A stretch of DNA of 31,078 nucleotides from an uncultured Eubacteriales bacterium. GTDB taxonomy: Bacteria; Bacillota; Clostridia; Monoglobales; CAYZNM01. Below, piece by piece: positions 8,532-18,132 of this stretch; position 1 is the stretch's first letter; every line of letters begins with the position of its first letter. The stretch lies in assembly GCA_964412285.1 (NCBI GenBank), contig CAYPOE010000001.1:1-31078 (forward strand), read 5' to 3'. Both the position numbers and the translations under genes were made by a program. Under the pieces are notes generated by a model, which was not told the origin of the DNA, searched no databases, and saw only the letters and a program-made list of their open reading frames with translations.

Positions 8532-9767
8532 TCAAGAATCGAGACGCATCGTGGTCTCTTCTCTGGTCTGCATGTCGCGTACCTTGGCAACGCCGCTGGC
8601 GAGTTCGTCCTCGCCAATCACGACAACGCGCTGGGCGCGGAGTCGGTCGGCCTGCTTCATCTGCGCCTTGACGCTGCGACGCATCGTATCGTACTCGACG
8701 TACGTGCCGCCGTCGCGGAGCTTCTGCGCGAGCTTGAATGCCGCGTCGTTGCCTTCGTCGCCGATGCCGATCACGTAATACGCGGGCGCGGGCGACGGAT
8801 GCACTGTCACGCCGTCATGCTCTATGGCCATCGCGATACGCTCGATGCCGATGCCGAAGCCGCATGACGGCGTCGGATCACCGCCGAGTGTCTCGACGAG
8901 GTAATCGTACCGCCCGCCGCCACCGAGTACCACGTCGCTGTCGCCGATGCGCTTGACGAACTCGAACACCGTGGTCGAGTAGTAGTCGAGGCCGCGCACC
9001 AGACCGTCATCCTCGACGTAGGCGATGCCGATGGCATCGAGATACCGCTTGGTATTCGCGTAGTGCGCGTTACACGCCTCGCACTGGTGGTAGAGGATGC
9101 GCGGCGCGTCGGCGACGATGCCCTGGCACTGCGGCGACTTGCAGTCGAGGATGCGCATGGGGTTGCGCGTCAGGCGGTCGCGGCAGGTGTTGCAGAGCTG
9201 CTCGGCCTTGGGTTCGAGGTAAGCGCGCAGCTTTACATTATATTCGGCGCGACAGGTCGGACATCCGATGCTGCCGAGGTGTAAAGTCATGCCCTTGATA
9301 CCGCAGCGGTTGATGAAGTCTACGCCCGCCGCGGCGACTTCCGCGTCGGCAGACGCATCTTTGGCGCAGACGTGTTCGACGCCGAATGTATAGTATTCAC
9401 GCAGTCGTCCGGCGGCGGGTTTTTCGTAGCGGTAGCATGTTGTAAAGTAGTAGAGCTTTACAGGTGTGTGCTGCCCCAACGAGTGCTGCAAGAACGAACG
9501 CATCGCACCTGCCGTGCCTTCGGGACGCAGTGTGATGGATCGTCCACCCTTGTCGTCAAACGTGTACATCTCTTTCTGCACGACGTCGGTCGTATCGCCG
9601 ACCCCGCGTGAGAACAGCTCGGTGTACTCGAACACAGGCAGCCGGATCTCGCGGTAGCCGTACGCGTCGCAGACGGCGCGCATGTTGTCCTCGATGAAAT
9701 ACCAAAGCGGCAGATCCGACGGCAATACGTCGTGTGTACCGCGAATTGAAGCGATCTTATTTGACAT
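8532..9767 (-). CDS. hisS: Histidine--tRNA ligase
   Basis: RGTHD, KEMYTF, LRPEGTA, LVRGLDYY, GGGRYD and GFGIGIER motifs. Start reset to ATG 9767, which has an upstream AGGGGA SD (411 aa). Confidence 0.95.
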   Translation of the reverse strand: MSNKIASIRGTHDVLPSDLPLWYFIEDNMRAVCDAYGYREIRLPVFEYTELFSRGVGDTTDVVQKEMYTFDDKGGRSITLRPEGTAGAMRSFLQHSLGQHTPVKLYYFTTCYRYEKPAAGRLREYYTFGVEHVCAKDASADAEVAAAGVDFINRCGIKGMTLHLGSIGCPTCRAEYNVKLRAYLEPKAEQLCNTCRDRLTRNPMRILDCKSPQCQGIVADAPRILYHQCEACNAHYANTKRYLDAIGIAYVEDDGLVRGLDYYSTTVFEFVKRIGDSDVVLGGGGRYDYLVETLGGDPTPSCGFGIGIERIAMAIEHDGVTVHPSPAPAYYVIGIGDEGNDAAFKLAQKLRDGGTYVEYDTMRRSVKAQMKQADRLRAQRVVVIGEDELASGVAKVRDMQTREETTMRLDS

Positions 9768-9778
9768 AATATATTCCC

Positions 9779-9910
9779 CTGTAGGGGCGGGGCTCTGCTC
9801 CGCCCGTGAATTCACGCAACGGTTGTGTCGATCCACGGTGGCGTTTCGTCGTCCGTTCATTTGCACGACGTTTGCGTGGATCCACGGGCGGCGAAACGCC
9901 GCCCCTACAG
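9779..9910. repeat. GTAG-type REP doublet (REPIN-like) with a third degenerate internal copy
   Basis: Left unit CTGTAGGGGCGG-N9-CCGCCCG; the right unit reverse-complemented is CTGTAGGGGCGG-CGTTTCG-CCGCCCG. The inverted repeat extends inward (TGAATTCACGCAA vs TTGCGTGGATCCA). 9840-9856 matches the reverse complement of 9884-9900 with 2 mismatches. Confidence 0.7.
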
Positions 9911-10477
9911 CAATTGTTCTAATAGAATCAGCAATTCTTCGCGCCCTGTAGACTTCTCGGCCGAGAACGGCAGTGCGTCCTCGACTTCGAGTACGTCGCA
10001 GATCACGCGCACATAGTCGGGTACTTTGGTTACGGGCAGCTTATCAGTCTTGTTCGCAACGACGATGTGCCGCTTGCCTGATGCGCGGATCCACTCGGCC
10101 ATCTGCACATCCTGCGCCGTAGGCTTGTGCCGCGCGTCGACGATTTGCAGAATCGCGCAGAGTTGTTCGCGACGGTCGAGGTAGGCGTTGATCATATCCG
10201 CCCAGCGTCCCTGTTCGGACTTGCCCGCCTCGGCGTAACCGTAGCCGGGGAGGTCGGCGAGCATGATGGCTTCGTCGATGTTATAGAAGTTGATGTGCCG
10301 CGTCTTGCCCGGCACACTCGACGTACGCGCAAGGTTCTTGCGCCGTACGAGCGCGTTGATGACCGACGACTTGCCGACGTTGCTGCGTCCGGCCATTGCG
10401 ACCTCGGGGATCTCGAGCGTCGGGTATTGTTTCGGCGCAGTCGCGCTGATGATGAATTGTGTGTTCTCTACGCGCAT
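9905..10477 (-). CDS. engB: Ribosome biogenesis GTP-binding protein YihA/YsxC
   Basis: G1 GRSNVGKSS, PGKT, DLPGYGYA, G4 NKTD. Confidence 0.95.
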   Translation of the reverse strand: MRVENTQFIISATAPKQYPTLEIPEVAMAGRSNVGKSSVINALVRRKNLARTSSVPGKTRHINFYNIDEAIMLADLPGYGYAEAGKSEQGRWADMINAYLDRREQLCAILQIVDARHKPTAQDVQMAEWIRASGKRHIVVANKTDKLPVTKVPDYVRVICDVLEVEDALPFSAEKSTGREELLILLEQLL

Positions 10478-10478
10478 A

Positions 10479-12857
<2,379 letters not shown>

Positions 12858-12961
12858 AATGTTTGAAAGGATTCTATGAAAACTGCACGGAATTGGAAAA
12901 AACCTACGGAATTGTATACTATCCATCCTATTATAAAGGAAAACCCGTAAAGTTTCAAGAG

Positions 12962-12979
12962 ATATTTGTAAACAAATAT
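12962..12979. promoter_or_regulatory. 18-bp palindromic putative operator
   Basis: ATATTTGT-AA-ACAAATAT, perfect arms, in the divergent lon/egsA spacer. Confidence 0.55.
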
Positions 12980-13003
12980 TAAATATCCGTACTCTTGTCA
13001 CAC

Positions 13004-13032
13004 TTGTGCAGGATCGTACGGTGTGATAGAAT
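13004..13032 (+). promoter_or_regulatory. Sigma70/sigmaA promoter with extended -10
   Basis: TTGTGC (13004-13009), 17 nt, TAGAAT (13027-13032) preceded by TG (13024-13025); SD GGAGG follows at 13039-13043. Confidence 0.6.
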
Positions 13033-13051
13033 AGACGCGGAGGATTCAATT

Positions 13052-14227
13052 ATGACCATATCCAACCTATCCGCACTCTCTCGCACTGCGTTTGCCTGTG
13101 CGTGCGGCAAGACGCATTGCACCGACATACAGCACATCGTGATACGACGCGGCGCATTGGACGCACTGCCCGACATCGCCGCGTCGTTTGCATCGGGCAC
13201 CTGTTTCGTCGTCGCAGACAGCATTACATACGCCGTAGCGGGACAGTCCGTCGCAGACAGGCTCACCGCTGCGGGTCACAACGTGCGTACGCACGTGTTC
13301 AACACGCCAGACCTCGCCCACCCACTTGTACCCAACGAAGCCGCACTCGGGCGGCTCGTCGTCGAGATGCCCGTGGATACGTCGCTGATTGTAGCCGTAG
13401 GGTCGGGTTCGCTGGGCGATGCTGCGCGGATGCTCAGCGCCAAGACCAAAGTACCCTACATCATCGTCGCGACCGCGCCATCGATGGACGGTTACGCGTC
13501 GACGGTGTCGCCGCTCATCATCGACGGATGCAAGGTCACGTACGAGGCTGTGTATCCGTATGCCATCGTCGCCGACGTCGACATACTCTGCACCGCGCCC
13601 GACATGATGCTGCAAGCGGGATTCGGCGACATCATCGGCAAGTATACGGCGCTCACCGACTGGGCATTGTCCCACGCGGTCAACGGCGAATACATCTGCC
13701 CGCACGTGATCGGTATGGTGCAAAATGCGATCCGGCAGTGCGCGGATCATGCCGACGGCCTCGCCAAGCGCGACGCATCGGCGGTCGCAGCCGTGATGGA
13801 AGGCCTCGTGCTGTCGGGACTCTGCATGGGCATGATCGGCAACTCGCGCCCCGCATCGGGCGCGGAGCATCATCTGTCGCATTATTGGGAAGTCGACGCT
13901 TTGGCGAATCACAAGCCCCACGCGCTGCACGGCAACGCCGTCGGTGTGGCGACGCTGGTATCCGCGACGCTGTACGACATCAGCGGCGTCGCGCGGCAGT
14001 ACAACCTGTCGCTGCCGACGGTGGGCGAAATCCGCACGCTGCTGCAACGCGCGGGCTCTGCGACGACGCCGTCGGCATTGGGCATCGACCGCGAACTGTT
14101 CCGCAGGAGCGTGCTGCACGCGCTCGAGATCCGACCGCGCTACACGATTCTGCTGCATCTGCATAATGGCGGCACACTCGAACGCTGCGCCGACGCAGTC
14201 ACACGCATGTTCTACGACGAGGTGTGA
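13052..14227 (+). CDS. egsA: sn-glycerol-1-phosphate dehydrogenase (AraM/EgsA family)
   Basis: AVGSGSLGD, TAPSMDGYAS, AGFGDIIGK, RPASGAEHHLSH and LHGNAVG motifs. Start reset to ATG 13052 behind GGAGGA (391 aa). Confidence 0.85.
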   Translation: MTISNLSALSRTAFACACGKTHCTDIQHIVIRRGALDALPDIAASFASGTCFVVADSITYAVAGQSVADRLTAAGHNVRTHVFNTPDLAHPLVPNEAALGRLVVEMPVDTSLIVAVGSGSLGDAARMLSAKTKVPYIIVATAPSMDGYASTVSPLIIDGCKVTYEAVYPYAIVADVDILCTAPDMMLQAGFGDIIGKYTALTDWALSHAVNGEYICPHVIGMVQNAIRQCADHADGLAKRDASAVAAVMEGLVLSGLCMGMIGNSRPASGAEHHLSHYWEVDALANHKPHALHGNAVGVATLVSATLYDISGVARQYNLSLPTVGEIRTLLQRAGSATTPSALGIDRELFRRSVLHALEIRPRYTILLHLHNGGTLERCADAVTRMFYDEV

Positions 14228-15015
14228 GACACATGAATAAAGATAAGAGTATATTGCTGCAAAAGAAGCTGTTCGTACTCGACATGGACGGCACGATCTA
14301 CCTCGGCGATCGACTGCTCGATACGACGCCGCGCTTCTTCGGCGCACTGCGTCGCAATGGGCAGGATTTCGTCTGCTTCACGAACAATTCCTCCAAGGGC
14401 GCATCCGACTACGTCGCCAAACTGTCGCGCATGGGCATCACGGGTTGTGACGTGATCACATCGGGCGACGTGACCATCGACTACCTCCAGCGCATTCACG
14501 GGGGCCAGTCTGTGTATCTGCTCGGTACGCCGTCGCTGCGCGCATCGTTCGTGGCGGCCGGGATACGCGTGACCGACGATACGCCCGACGTCGTCGTCGT
14601 CGGCTTCGACACCACGCTCGTATACGAGCGATTGAGCGCGGCGTGCCACTACATCCGGGGCGGTGCGACGTTTGTCGCGACGCACCTCGACGTGAACTGT
14701 CCGACAGAGGATGGGTTCATACCCGACTGCGGTGCGATCTGCGCGGCGATTGCGCTCTCGACGGGCGCGTCGCCCAAATACCTCGGCAAGCCGTTCGTTG
14801 AGACCGTCGACGCGATCGTGAACGCGACGGGTGTGCAGAAATCCGACATGGTCTTCGTCGGCGACCGGCTCTACACCGACATCGCGACGGGCTACAACAA
14901 CGGCATTACGACGGTACTCGTGCTGACAGGGGAGACAACGGTCGACGACCTCGCGCACTCGGAGATTCAACCCGACTTCGTCTGCAACTCCTTAGGAGAC
15001 CTATTCGATGAATAA
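14224..15015 (+). CDS. HAD-IIA family phosphatase (NagD/AraL-like)
   Basis: DMDGTIY, TNNSS, GKP and GDRLYTDI motifs. GTGA overlap with the egsA stop; ATG 14233 is an alternative start. Confidence 0.9.
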   Translation: MRHMNKDKSILLQKKLFVLDMDGTIYLGDRLLDTTPRFFGALRRNGQDFVCFTNNSSKGASDYVAKLSRMGITGCDVITSGDVTIDYLQRIHGGQSVYLLGTPSLRASFVAAGIRVTDDTPDVVVVGFDTTLVYERLSAACHYIRGGATFVATHLDVNCPTEDGFIPDCGAICAAIALSTGASPKYLGKPFVETVDAIVNATGVQKSDMVFVGDRLYTDIATGYNNGITTVLVLTGETTVDDLAHSEIQPDFVCNSLGDLFDE

Positions 15016-16153
15016 GCGAAACCTCATCATCGCCTGCATGGCGGGCGGACTCTTCTTCTTCCCACTCTATACCTACGTGCCCATCCTCTCGACCTACGCC
15101 GGATCGCTCGGCGCGTCGCTGTCGATGATCGGTCTGATCGGCGGCGCGTACGGCTTCTCACAGATGGTCGTGCGACTGCCGATGGGCATCTGGTCGGACA
15201 AGGTCGGTCGTCGCAAGCCGTTCGTACTCGGCGCAGTCTGCATGGGACTGCTGTCATCGCTGCTCGTCGTACTCGTGCAGTCGCCCGTGTCGCTGTTCAT
15301 CTGCCGCATCCTCGCGGGATTCGCGGCGGCGGGTTGGGTGCAGATGAGCGTGCTGTTCGCGGAAAACTTTGCGCCCGACGATACCCCGCGTGCGATGGGC
15401 ATCCTCAACGCGTGCAACAATACGGGACAGATGGCTTCGACGCTGCTCTGCGGCGTAGTCGCCTCGGCGTGGGGTGAACTCAGTACGTTCTGGCTCGGCG
15501 TGATCTCGGCGGCGCTCGTACTTATCCCCGTCACACTCCTGCACGAGCGCGTCGAGAAACGCGAACCACTCAAACTCCGCGCACTGCTGTCGGTCGCGGC
15601 CGAAAAGCCTGTGCTCGTCGCGACGATCCTCGCGACGCTCGCGCAGTTCATCACGTTCGCGACGATCTACGGCTTCAACCCCATCGTCGCGCGCAACCTC
15701 GGCGCAAGCAGCCTCGAACTCTCAATCCTGACCGCGATCAATACGTTGCCCGGCATCGGTGGCGCCATCCTCTGCGGACGCATCGCCAAACGCTTTGGCG
15801 ACAAGTATCCGCTGTTCGTGGGCATGGCTGTGACGGCGCTGCTGTGTTTTGTCACACCGTACGCGCCGGGCGTTTGGGCGCTCTATGGGATACAGGCGAC
15901 GTCGGGATTCTTCCGCGGGTTGACCTTCGCGCTGCTCATGGGACTCGTCATCCGCAAGGTCGAGCAGAAGCGCCGCGCGACGGCGATGGGATTCTTTCAA
16001 GCCGTATACGGCCTCGGCATGTTCGCAGGCCCCGCGGTTGTGGGACTGCTCAGCGACCTCGGCGGCTTGCCGTTTGGGTTCGCGGCAACCGGCATCCTCG
16101 GCGCACTGACGGCGGTTGGTATTCTGCTGCTGAATTTCAAGGATATGGCGTAA
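15008..16153 (+). CDS. MFS transporter
   Basis: About 12 hydrophobic segments, GIWSDKVGRR loop motif; overlaps the HAD gene stop. Confidence 0.88.
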   Translation: MNKRNLIIACMAGGLFFFPLYTYVPILSTYAGSLGASLSMIGLIGGAYGFSQMVVRLPMGIWSDKVGRRKPFVLGAVCMGLLSSLLVVLVQSPVSLFICRILAGFAAAGWVQMSVLFAENFAPDDTPRAMGILNACNNTGQMASTLLCGVVASAWGELSTFWLGVISAALVLIPVTLLHERVEKREPLKLRALLSVAAEKPVLVATILATLAQFITFATIYGFNPIVARNLGASSLELSILTAINTLPGIGGAILCGRIAKRFGDKYPLFVGMAVTALLCFVTPYAPGVWALYGIQATSGFFRGLTFALLMGLVIRKVEQKRRATAMGFFQAVYGLGMFAGPAVVGLLSDLGGLPFGFAATGILGALTAVGILLLNFKDMA

Positions 16154-16155
16154 CA

Positions 16156-16174
16156 TGTGACGTGATGCGTCGCA
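16156..16174 (+). terminator. Weak hairpin after the MFS stop
   Basis: TGTGACG-TGATG-CGTCGCA followed by AGAATTTTGTT; short stem and poor U-tail. Confidence 0.3.
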
Positions 16175-16183
16175 AGAATTTTG

Positions 16184-16212
16184 TTGATATTTGTCTATGT
16201 ATGTAGTATAAT
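16184..16212 (+). promoter_or_regulatory. Promoter of the putative type I toxin mRNA
   Basis: TTGATA (16184-16189), 17 nt, TATAAT (16207-16212). Confidence 0.75.
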
Positions 16213-16270
16213 ATTCGCAAGAGCTATAGCAGTCTTGTACGGTTGGGCGGTAACGGTCTGGAGGATTAAT

Positions 16271-16320
16271 TCCGAAGGATGGTGATGCCCTTGGATGTTT
16301 AGCACCTCCTTCGGATTTTT
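16271..16320 (+). promoter_or_regulatory. Toxin 5' leader hairpin containing an anti-SD, followed by T5
   Basis: TCCGAAGGA-T-GGTG (16271-16284) pairs with CACC-TCCTTCGGA (16303-16315). CACCTCCTT is also the exact complement of the downstream SD AAGGAGGTG (16326-16334). Confidence 0.65.
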
Positions 16321-16339
16321 GGTGAAAGGAGGTGGCAGC

Positions 16340-16465
16340 ATGAGTGTGGTGGACGTTATTAAGTTGATAGCTGTTTTCGCATGTATGCACTGGTTTGAGA
16401 TAGTGTATATCGCAGGCTATGTAGTCGACTTAATCAAAAACAACCGCCCCTACACCAAAGGTTAA
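16340..16465 (+). CDS. Putative type I TA small membrane toxin, 41 aa (MSVVDVIKLIAVFACMHWFEIVYIAGYVVDLIKNNRPYTKG)
   Basis: Very strong SD GAAAGGAGGTG, hydrophobic body with a basic C-terminus, own promoter, convergent antisense promoter. Absent from the ORF track because it is short. Confidence 0.65.
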   Translation: MSVVDVIKLIAVFACMHWFEIVYIAGYVVDLIKNNRPYTKG

Positions 16466-16475
16466 CGGTTGTTTT
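16436..16475. terminator. Bidirectional terminator-like hairpin; likely antitoxin RNA terminator
   Basis: AAAACAACCG (16437-16446) / CGGTTGTTTT (16466-16475), 10-bp stem; A5 at 16436-16440 gives a U-run on the minus strand. Confidence 0.7.
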
Positions 16476-16540
16476 ATTGGCAATAAAATTTAATTCTTTC
16501 AAACCGTGAAACCTAATCATAAAAGATTGCGAAACTCTGG

Positions 16541-16564
16541 CGAGAAACGTTCCAGCGTTTCTCG
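16541..16564. terminator. Hairpin that may end the toxin mRNA (+) and form the 5' stem of the antitoxin (-)
   Basis: CGAGAAACG-TTCCAG-CGTTTCTCG, perfect 9-bp stem, followed on + by TTACATATTT. Confidence 0.55.
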
Positions 16565-16574
16565 TTACATATTT

Positions 16575-16603
16575 AGTATAGCCCATTGTGGCGCATTTGT
16601 CAA
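16575..16603 (-). promoter_or_regulatory. Antisense promoter
   Basis: On the minus strand: TTGACA (16603-16598), 17 nt, TATACT (16580-16575). No plausible protein start follows it before the terminator. Confidence 0.8.
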
Positions 16604-16674
16604 TCAGGTGATTCGCGTTTTCGAGACATGATGGCGTTCGACACTCTTTTGTATATTTTTCAGCAACGCGCATC

Positions 16675-16703
16675 TTGACAACGTTCGTGCAATATGATAT
16701 ACT
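16675..16703 (+). promoter_or_regulatory. Promoter of the leader-MFS-iorAB-paaK operon
   Basis: TTGACA (16675-16680), 17 nt, TATACT (16698-16703) with extended TG (16695-16696). Confidence 0.85.
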
Positions 16704-16745
16704 ACCACCGTAAGTGAAGCTATACGTTACGCTCGGAGGCAGAAC

Positions 16746-16835
16746 ATGTATCGTCGTATCGTGAACTTTACAGCGTGGTCTTGGCGAGGCTTTGTTGATA
16801 CAACAAGGTCGGTTTGCCATGCTCCGGCGGTATGA
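16746..16835 (+). CDS. Trp-containing attenuator leader peptide, 29 aa (MYRRIVNFTAWSWRGFVDTTRSVCHAPAV)
   Basis: SD GGAGG at 16735-16739; TGG-TCT-TGG at 16776-16784; lies between the promoter and an intrinsic terminator. Confidence 0.75.
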   Translation: MYRRIVNFTAWSWRGFVDTTRSVCHAPAV

Positions 16836-16878
16836 TGACATGTGATAGATAGATCAGTCGATTCATCACACGATAATC

Positions 16879-16916
16879 AACCTCCCGACTCATGCAAATG
16901 GGCCGGGAGGTTTTTT
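16879..16916 (+). terminator. Attenuator terminator in the 5' leader
   Basis: AACCTCCCG (16879-16887) / CGGGAGGTT (16904-16912), inner stem with GCAA loop, T6 tail; located upstream of the first structural gene. Confidence 0.88.
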
Positions 16917-16958
16917 ATATTCTAAATTTTTATTATTTTATTTTTGGAGGAACGGAAC

Positions 16959-18128
16959 ATGGAAAGGCAAGGGGAAACACAAGCTATGAAGGTGCTGATC
17001 GCCGGGGCGGCGCTACAGCTGTTCTTGGGCGTCATCTACGTCTGGAGCGTGTTCGTAATGCCCGTCGCACAGTACTTCAATCGCGAACCCGGCGAAATCA
17101 AGCTCACCTCGTCGTTTATGCTGAGCTTCTTCGTACTCGGCATCCTCGCAGGCGGTAAGCTGCAACAGCGCATCACGACGCAAAAGACCGTACTCGCGGG
17201 CGGCACACTGCTCGCGCTCGGCATGTTGATCAGTGCGTTCCTGCCCGTCGGACAGGGTCTCTTCATCTACCTGACCTACGGCGTCATGGGCGGATTCGGC
17301 GTGGGCATGGGCTACAACGCCATCATCACGACGGCGCAGCGCAACTTCCCTAAGAACCGCGGCCTCGCGACAGGCGTCAGCGTATGCGCGTTCGGCTTCT
17401 CGACCGTCATCTTCGCGCCGCTCGTCGAGTACTTATGCAAGACCGTCGGCGTGCAGTACACATTCGTGATCCTCGCCGCCGCATACATCGTCGTCGTACT
17501 CGCACTGTTCTCGTTCATCAAGATGCCCGAAAGCAGCGGCGCGACGGCACAGGCCGCGTTCAAAGGCAAGCAGTATACTGTGAGCGAGATCCTGCGCACC
17601 AAAGAGTTCTACTGCATCACGCTGTCACTCATGCTCGGCACCTCGGTCTACTTCATCCTAAACCCATCGTTCAAGACGCTCGCAGCTGAACGCGGTCTGT
17701 CCGACGGCATCGCGACGGTACTCGTCATGCTGACCGGCGTAGCCAACGCACTCGGTCGACTCGGCGTACCGCTGCTGTCCGACAAGATCGGTCGCGAACG
17801 TGCGGCATTCGTCACGATTGCCGTCACGGCGATCTGCGCGATTGCGCTGATTTTCGTCGGCGGCACCCCGCTCATCTTCATCATCGCGGTCATCGCGTTC
17901 TGCTACGGCGGATATTCGGGCATCTACCCCGTCATCACAGGCGACTACTTCGGCCTCGCCAACGTCGGCTCCAACTACGGCGCAGTCATGGTCGGATTCG
18001 CAGCTTCGGCGCTGCTGTTCCCGATCGTGATGAACATGCTGTCCGACATGACGGTCAAGTTCGTCGTACTCGCAGTCGGCGCAGTGATTGGTGCGGCGCT
18101 CACGCTGCTACTCAAGCGAAAGGGTTAA
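16959..18128 (+). CDS. OFA (oxalate:formate antiporter)-family MFS carboxylate transporter
   Basis: LQLFLGVIYVWSVF, GGFGVGMGY, RGLATGVSVCAFG, NALGR and NVGSNYG motifs. Start reset to ATG 16959 behind GGAGG. Confidence 0.85.
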   Translation: MERQGETQAMKVLIAGAALQLFLGVIYVWSVFVMPVAQYFNREPGEIKLTSSFMLSFFVLGILAGGKLQQRITTQKTVLAGGTLLALGMLISAFLPVGQGLFIYLTYGVMGGFGVGMGYNAIITTAQRNFPKNRGLATGVSVCAFGFSTVIFAPLVEYLCKTVGVQYTFVILAAAYIVVVLALFSFIKMPESSGATAQAAFKGKQYTVSEILRTKEFYCITLSLMLGTSVYFILNPSFKTLAAERGLSDGIATVLVMLTGVANALGRLGVPLLSDKIGRERAAFVTIAVTAICAIALIFVGGTPLIFIIAVIAFCYGGYSGIYPVITGDYFGLANVGSNYGAVMVGFAASALLFPIVMNMLSDMTVKFVVLAVGAVIGAALTLLLKRKG

Positions 18129-18132
18129 TCAC

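Larger units (their letters stand above)
16434..16568 (-). ncRNA. Putative antisense RNA antitoxin, about 135 nt
   Basis: Bounded by the minus-strand promoter at 16575-16603 and the hairpin/U-run at 16436-16475; overlaps the toxin 3' end. Ends are approximate. Confidence 0.6.

Noticed and set aside
8518-8536. Tandem palindromic TTGATCAAG repeats at the hisS stop
   Set aside because: Most simply a 10-bp micro-duplication of the stop region; there is no promoter context suggesting an operator.
9768-9904. Possible T-box riboswitch upstream of hisS-aspS
   Set aside because: No T-box consensus, specifier loop or U-tailed terminator is visible, the spacer is too short, and the REP doublet explains it.
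12876-12950. 24-codon ORF MKTARNWKKPTELYTIHPIIKENP behind GAAAGGA, divergent from lon
   Set aside because: The SD-to-ATG gap is only 4 nt, I found no promoter for it, and it has no recognisable features. Ribo-seq would be needed.
16444-16454. CCGCCCCTACA shared between the toxin terminator loop and the REP end at 9899-9909
   Set aside because: An 11-nt match between two arbitrary positions is expected by chance in 31 kb, and the REP palindrome is absent here.
16434-16841. 135-aa minus-strand ORF in the ORF track
   Set aside because: It runs antisense across two promoters and the leader peptide, with no SD and no protein-like composition; the region is better explained by the RNA elements.
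16710-16916. T-box or metabolite riboswitch as the explanation for the leader terminator
   Set aside because: No T-box antiterminator consensus or aptamer I recognise; the SD-led Trp peptide and stop-spanning antiterminator fit better. An Rfam scan would settle it.
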